Below are positions 58,676-64,000 of a DNA stretch of 64,000 nt, piece after piece (within the stretch, counting starts at the first letter, position 1; every line of letters begins with the position of its first letter). The DNA comes from a virus. Lineage: Duplodnaviria > Caudoviricetes. The stretch covers positions 1 through 64,000 of IMG/VR virus record IMGVR_UViG_3300028603_000034; one strand, 5' to 3'. Under the pieces are notes generated by a model. It saw only the letters and a program-made list of their open reading frames with translations, was not told the origin of the DNA and searched no databases. The translations under genes and the position numbers were made by a program.

Positions 58676-59482
58676 TTATACATTCCCATCTCGTATTAAT
58701 GTATTATTTTTAATCTTAATATTTCCACCATTATCAACATCCATCTTTATACCGAAACAATCATTATAAGAAGAATACCTAATTACATTTCTATAAATAT
58801 TAACATTTCTATATTCACCTACAAAATGTATTCCATTAAGTAAATCACCAAATTGTATATTAGGATGATATATCAAATTATCATATATATTAATTCCAAA
58901 ATTATTATCATTAGATTCACAATATATACCTATTACTTCATCACATGGTGTTATTACATTATTATATATATCAACTTTATCCGAATCAATTATTTGAATA
59001 TTACCCGAAGATATATTACAATCTCCAATAGTTGCAAAATTAGATTCTTCAATACGAATATAATCATTTGCATTACATCTTCTAATTACAATATTATCTA
59101 CACCAGAAGCATATATTATAGGATTATCACCAATATTAGAACTCTTAGAAAAAGTAAGGTTTCTTACCGAAACATTATCACTTTCAATATTAAATCCTAC
59201 ATCTGAATTTATTACATTAACTGTAACATTTTCATCTACTACCTTATCAAACCCACCAGCAATAATTCTAATACATTCTATTCTAACCGATCTATTTATA
59301 TTAATAGTATCCATAGTATCATCTACGATAGTAGATGGAGATGTTTTCACTACCCTAATAACATCATTGTTTTGTAATACTATATTATTTAATAATGTAT
59401 TAAAATTAGGAGACCCATTACGATTATTTCTATATTGAATTATCCCTGTTTTATTGTTTGGATTTATATAATATGTTGACAT
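58676..59482 (-). CDS. Right-handed beta-helix (pectin-lyase-like) protein
   Basis: Repeated I..N.I / V.IY.N.I strands. Confidence 0.65.
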   Translation of the reverse strand: MSTYYINPNNKTGIIQYRNNRNGSPNFNTLLNNIVLQNNDVIRVVKTSPSTIVDDTMDTININRSVRIECIRIIAGGFDKVVDENVTVNVINSDVGFNIESDNVSVRNLTFSKSSNIGDNPIIYASGVDNIVIRRCNANDYIRIEESNFATIGDCNISSGNIQIIDSDKVDIYNNVITPCDEVIGIYCESNDNNFGINIYDNLIYHPNIQFGDLLNGIHFVGEYRNVNIYRNVIRYSSYNDCFGIKMDVDNGGNIKIKNNTLIRDGNV

Positions 59483-62460
59483 TAAAAACCCCTAATAGTA
59501 TTTCTTGTTTTAATAGTTGACCCTACTATTTCTCTATAATCATATTCTCTATTTATCCATTTAGAAGGTATTACTCTAATATGATCTCTTCTACCCTGCC
59601 ACACAATAAACATATTATATGCAAATGATAGATATAAATTATTTGTCGATCTCAAATTAAAACTACTATCGTCTAAATTGTAAATAATACCATTTGATAT
59701 TCTAGTTCCTATAAATCTAGTACTTTGAAAAAAGTCGTCACCGATCAATCCTCTACTCATATTAAATATTATCAACATCCAAGGACCTAAGTTTCTATAC
59801 TGTTCAGGATTCAAATTATCATACCACGATGTTATTTCAAAAAATTTATCGGAATTTGATCTTAACCTATCAATCACTCGATAATTTTTACATCTATATA
59901 CATCATTAAATCCACCTATATTTACATTATTAATATCATTACTACTTGATTCTATTCTTCTTCTAAATGTTTGATAACTAAATGGATTTTCTGGTGTACC
60001 AAATTCATAAGGCAAACCAATATTTGATTGTAAATTTATATAATTGAAACCAACCGTACTTGATGATTTAGTACTTATACTAATAATCTCACTTAATATA
60101 ATCCAATCTTCATCTTCAGTTACTACATATATCCAATTGTTTTCATCAAATGAGTATTGAATTACGAAATTATTATTTTGATTTTCTATTCTAAAATGTA
60201 ATTCTCTTAAAGAATTAGGACATCTTAAATCTTTAACAAATCCACTTGGAATCTTATAATGAACGTCTTTTATTACTACCGAACCTGTAGCACCTGATCT
60301 ATAAACAACTCTTATATTATCCTCATTATAATCCCATAGAATTTTAATTAAATTATTAGGAAATCCTGCGGGTCTATAAATATTAAATTCAGGAATATCA
60401 AATCTCTCATTTCTATAAAATGAAAATTCAGAAGCGAAACCATTTCTACCAACATTATACATTAAAACTCTTTCTCGAAACGAAGAATCGACTGCTATTG
60501 CATTCCCAAACATATCAACCACATCATAATTATCTACAAACGTATTGTTCCAATTTTCATCTATACCATCCGTAAAATCATCATTAATAAAGAAATTGCC
60601 TGATATTTCTCCATCCAAAGACAAATCAACATAATATTCTTTTTTAATATGTGGATGTATTATTAATGTTCTTTTTTCAGTAACAGTTCTACCATCTATC
60701 TGTATAGCAGATACATATATATCATATACTCCTGCAATTAAATATCTCATTTCTGATATGAAGCTTCCACCGGAATTTAAAAAATCACTGAATCCAGATG
60801 TTATATAATTCATATTGGTTGTATTTTTTTCAGAAAAATCTACATTAACTCTACTAAATATTTGAATACCCACATCAACAGATGTATTATTAGTAGCACT
60901 TAATGCAATTAAATCTAATGTTGATGCTGATGTTGTTATTTCATCATCGTATATTTTTTCTCCCATTATTTGTTTAACTCTAAACAATTTAATATCGATA
61001 CTTCCCAATACATCTAATTGAACATTTTGTTCAAGTTCAGATGAAATTACATACCATTCATTATGTGAAACTATATCACAATGAACAGTAAATATTCTAC
61101 TAACGGTATATGTATGAGTTACCGTTGTATCTGTAGTTGTTAATGTATTATTATCTCCAAAATCCCAAATAAAAGAACTTGGTTGAAATTGTGATTCATA
61201 TTGTTGTGCCGTTTTTATTTGTTCATCAACAAAATCCCAATAATTTATTGTCAGGTTACTTTCTTCATTTAAGATAGATGGTGTAGGGTCTATTAAAATA
61301 TTAAAATCCAACATCTCTGGGAAAATCAATGGACCAATACCATCCCTTCTACCAAAAGAATTATTAACATTAAATGTATTATCTGTATAACCTTTTACCG
61401 ATATATTATCCCCATACCAATCATCATCCAAATAATAAAAATCAGTTTCATCTAATGTTGTTAAATCATCATCTAATATTGAAGGAATAACAAAATTAAA
61501 TTGAGAATTATCATCTATTTGACTATTACTACGATTAAATAAATTTTCATAAGGAGAAGCAACATACACACTTGCTCCTGGTATATTCCAAAAACCTATT
61601 CGATCAATAGAATAAATCTTACTTTCTGATTCAGAAAACAAACAAGATTCTGTTCTAAAAATCGTGTCAGTTAAAGCAGATGAAGTCCAAAAAGAACTAA
61701 ACCCTGTAAATATAGAATTAATAAAATTTATATTAAAATTAGATTGTATATAAAATAATCCAGCACTATCATCATCTAAATAGAAAAATCCTCCATCTCT
61801 ATCTTTATTATGAAATAATGAATTTATAACATCTACAACATCCCATCCTGCAAGATCAACGGCTCTATCAAAAAAATCAGGAGTATCAAATTGTTTAGAA
61901 ACAAAAACTTTCATATTATTAAATAGTAATTTTTTATTATCAACAGTATCTGTAGTTGTTATACATTGAAATCTACGATTGTCTATTATTTCTATTTCAC
62001 CATTTAAAAGTTCTAATTTATTAGATACGGCAAAATCATCGTTCCAAATTATTCTCCAAGGTGATTGAACATTAAATGTATTAGTTGTTACTTGTTCAAA
62101 TTCCCAATTGGTTATAGTTACCTTACTCTGTCTATTTGAAAATAGACAAAATCCACCAAGACCAATGGTTTGTAATACTAATGGAATATCTTTAAATGAA
62201 GCATCTCTAATATCTCTACTACCCTTCAAATGAAAAACTTGTTCACGATCTGATTGTGACAATATATGAGATTGTAACAAATAATTTCTAAATTCATTAA
62301 AAGTTAATGGTTCATCCTCGGAACCAATAAAATTATTTTCATCACAATTTATTACTAAATTTTGATTGTCTAAATAAAATTGACTAGGAAATCTGTTATT
62401 CGTAGCAGATGTTTCTGTTTCCAATTCTAAATCTACATATATGTGGGTTTTTTGTGACAT
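59482..62460 (-). CDS. Large virion protein with PKD domain
   Basis: 992-aa ORF; WDFGD......T..HTY. Confidence 0.7.
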   Translation of the reverse strand: MSQKTHIYVDLELETETSATNNRFPSQFYLDNQNLVINCDENNFIGSEDEPLTFNEFRNYLLQSHILSQSDREQVFHLKGSRDIRDASFKDIPLVLQTIGLGGFCLFSNRQSKVTITNWEFEQVTTNTFNVQSPWRIIWNDDFAVSNKLELLNGEIEIIDNRRFQCITTTDTVDNKKLLFNNMKVFVSKQFDTPDFFDRAVDLAGWDVVDVINSLFHNKDRDGGFFYLDDDSAGLFYIQSNFNINFINSIFTGFSSFWTSSALTDTIFRTESCLFSESESKIYSIDRIGFWNIPGASVYVASPYENLFNRSNSQIDDNSQFNFVIPSILDDDLTTLDETDFYYLDDDWYGDNISVKGYTDNTFNVNNSFGRRDGIGPLIFPEMLDFNILIDPTPSILNEESNLTINYWDFVDEQIKTAQQYESQFQPSSFIWDFGDNNTLTTTDTTVTHTYTVSRIFTVHCDIVSHNEWYVISSELEQNVQLDVLGSIDIKLFRVKQIMGEKIYDDEITTSASTLDLIALSATNNTSVDVGIQIFSRVNVDFSEKNTTNMNYITSGFSDFLNSGGSFISEMRYLIAGVYDIYVSAIQIDGRTVTEKRTLIIHPHIKKEYYVDLSLDGEISGNFFINDDFTDGIDENWNNTFVDNYDVVDMFGNAIAVDSSFRERVLMYNVGRNGFASEFSFYRNERFDIPEFNIYRPAGFPNNLIKILWDYNEDNIRVVYRSGATGSVVIKDVHYKIPSGFVKDLRCPNSLRELHFRIENQNNNFVIQYSFDENNWIYVVTEDEDWIILSEIISISTKSSSTVGFNYINLQSNIGLPYEFGTPENPFSYQTFRRRIESSSNDINNVNIGGFNDVYRCKNYRVIDRLRSNSDKFFEITSWYDNLNPEQYRNLGPWMLIIFNMSRGLIGDDFFQSTRFIGTRISNGIIYNLDDSSFNLRSTNNLYLSFAYNMFIVWQGRRDHIRVIPSKWINREYDYREIVGSTIKTRNTIRGF

Positions 62461-62469
62461 TTAGTATTC

Positions 62470-64000
62470 CTATTTATATAATACATTTACATTACTAAAA
62501 TCTATTTTCACAATTTCAGAACCTAGTGAATATCCTCCTCTTATCAATGTACCATTTTCAAATTCAGGTTCTATGTTTCCATGTGAATCTAACATATTAG
62601 ATTTAATAACAAAACTCAAATCTTTATATATTCTATCTATTAAAATTGTAAAATCTCTATTTATAAAAAATACATCTTCTTCGTTTGAAATACCAATAAA
62701 TTCCTCTAATGATTGTTTAACATTAGAAGGAACCGTTGATAAATTTATTTCTCTAATTATTCTATTATAAAAATCAGTAACAAAATTATCATAAAAGTTA
62801 CGAACTGTTATTCCTGTTGTTAATTGATATGTCAACAGCCTCGTTGCAGGACTATGACCATATACAAATTTTCTGTCGTCATAAGCAATATACCCATTAT
62901 CTACTGAATATCTATTAAAATATTGAACCAATGAATTAGTTAATAGAACATCTAATCTATTAGTATATTTAGTTAATATACTATCAGTAGAACCTATAAA
63001 ATATCTATTGACATATATATTTCCATCAATATCCCTACCTCTAATAGTCCCCCCATCATCTATCCATCTACCTCTAGTAATATCAGTAGGAACAATTCTA
63101 ATATTAGCATTATTAACACTTGGAAAATTTTCAATAATATCAACAATATTAGATTTATGAATAGGAACATTAAAATCAGCATTTAAGTCTAACCATTCAT
63201 ATATAGCATTTCCTATTTCTCTTTTTTCTTCATCTCTATCATATAATGATCTTAGATATATATTTCCCTCAATATTAAAATTATGTATAGTTGGAGACAC
63301 ATATACATTCCTAACTACCATTTGTGATCTTGAATCTAAGTCCTCAATTACCTGTATTATCTTATTACTAATTACTTTATCTTCTACTGTAATTGATAAA
63401 ATCTCACTACACCCCTCTATTAATCTAACAGAATTAAACAATGCAGATGTTTGTCTAGTCGTACCATCGATTCTTCTAGATGATAATATAGAAGTTAATT
63501 TACAAGGAGAATCTTTATCAAATATTATTTCAATTCTTTTTTGATTTTCATTCCATCTAACTTCATCCACCAAAAATGCAGGTTGACCCAAATTTTCATT
63601 ATCTAAAGAACTTCCTCTAGTATCAATAACATCATTTAATGTATCTTTAATAAATTCAAATAATCCTGTCTTAGTATCGATTGTCCAATCTAAGTCATCT
63701 ATTAATTTAATTTCTGTAATATTATTTGAAAATTTATCATCATCAGAAGTATATTCTATTATAAGAGATAAATCAGTATTCGGCAATTGATTAAATAATT
63801 CATCATAATCTAAATCTGAACCATCAAAAAAATCATCTATCTCGTCAAAATTTCTTCCATAAAAAACATTAAATGTTTCTTTTATTTGATATAATTTTAA
63901 TTGTTGAGCTATTCTTTGTCTTGAATATACATTAAAATATGATTGATCATTTATACTATCTTCTTGAAAATCAATATCCAATAATGCAGAATCTAAATCT
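62470..64000 (-). CDS. Baseplate wedge protein (gp6/baseplate J-like), 5'-truncated by the window
   Basis: Frame open to the window end; I...L....DFN..I.KS.I..II...PSV pattern. Confidence 0.6.
   Translation of the reverse strand, partial: DLDSALLDIDFQEDSINDQSYFNVYSRQRIAQQLKLYQIKETFNVFYGRNFDEIDDFFDGSDLDYDELFNQLPNTDLSLIIEYTSDDDKFSNNITEIKLIDDLDWTIDTKTGLFEFIKDTLNDVIDTRGSSLDNENLGQPAFLVDEVRWNENQKRIEIIFDKDSPCKLTSILSSRRIDGTTRQTSALFNSVRLIEGCSEILSITVEDKVISNKIIQVIEDLDSRSQMVVRNVYVSPTIHNFNIEGNIYLRSLYDRDEEKREIGNAIYEWLDLNADFNVPIHKSNIVDIIENFPSVNNANIRIVPTDITRGRWIDDGGTIRGRDIDGNIYVNRYFIGSTDSILTKYTNRLDVLLTNSLVQYFNRYSVDNGYIAYDDRKFVYGHSPATRLLTYQLTTGITVRNFYDNFVTDFYNRIIREINLSTVPSNVKQSLEEFIGISNEEDVFFINRDFTILIDRIYKDLSFVIKSNMLDSHGNIEPEFENGTLIRGGYSLGSEIVKIDFSNVNVLYK

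Noticed and set aside
57802-59482. Two adjacent tail ORFs as one broken gene
   Set aside because: Joining them needs more than one lesion, and the downstream ORF has its own plausible start
302-62770. Most other short plus-strand ORFs in the track
   Set aside because: They overlap longer minus-strand genes, show Ile/Phe/Asn-rich antisense composition and lack RBSs
1-64000. tRNA, rRNA or self-splicing intron genes
   Set aside because: No cloverleaf/T-loop or intron core motifs recognised by eye; a tRNAscan/Infernal run would be needed to exclude them formally

Overview
AT-rich 64-kb segment of a large T4-related (jumbo-type) myophage genome. Almost all real genes lie on the minus strand; the only credible plus-strand genes are two free-standing endonucleases. 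About 1-33 kb is an early/accessory region driven by repeated TTGACT-N17-TATATT promoters. It holds four tandem Imm5-like paralogues with shuffled Ala-rich cores, RtcB, PncB+PncA, a GH19 endolysin, a ThyX-like protein, a GNAT gene with integron-cassette hallmarks, an RlmN/Cfr-like enzyme plus a second radical-SAM gene bracketed by a 97-bp direct repeat and a miniature IS200/IS605 (tnpB) remnant, DNA ligase, DUF932, a DNA methyltransferase, a patatin and a nucleotidyltransferase. About 33-64 kb is a late region with TATAAATA promoters. It holds a run of proteins with a T4 internal-protein-like N-terminal tag, two glycosyltransferase clusters, a second orphan tnpB right end fused to an antitoxin fragment, RegA, a gp3-like tail protein and baseplate/tail-fibre genes. 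Many small accessory ORFs carry frameshifts or nonsense codons while the large genes are intact. All family assignments come from motif recognition by eye; no database search was run.
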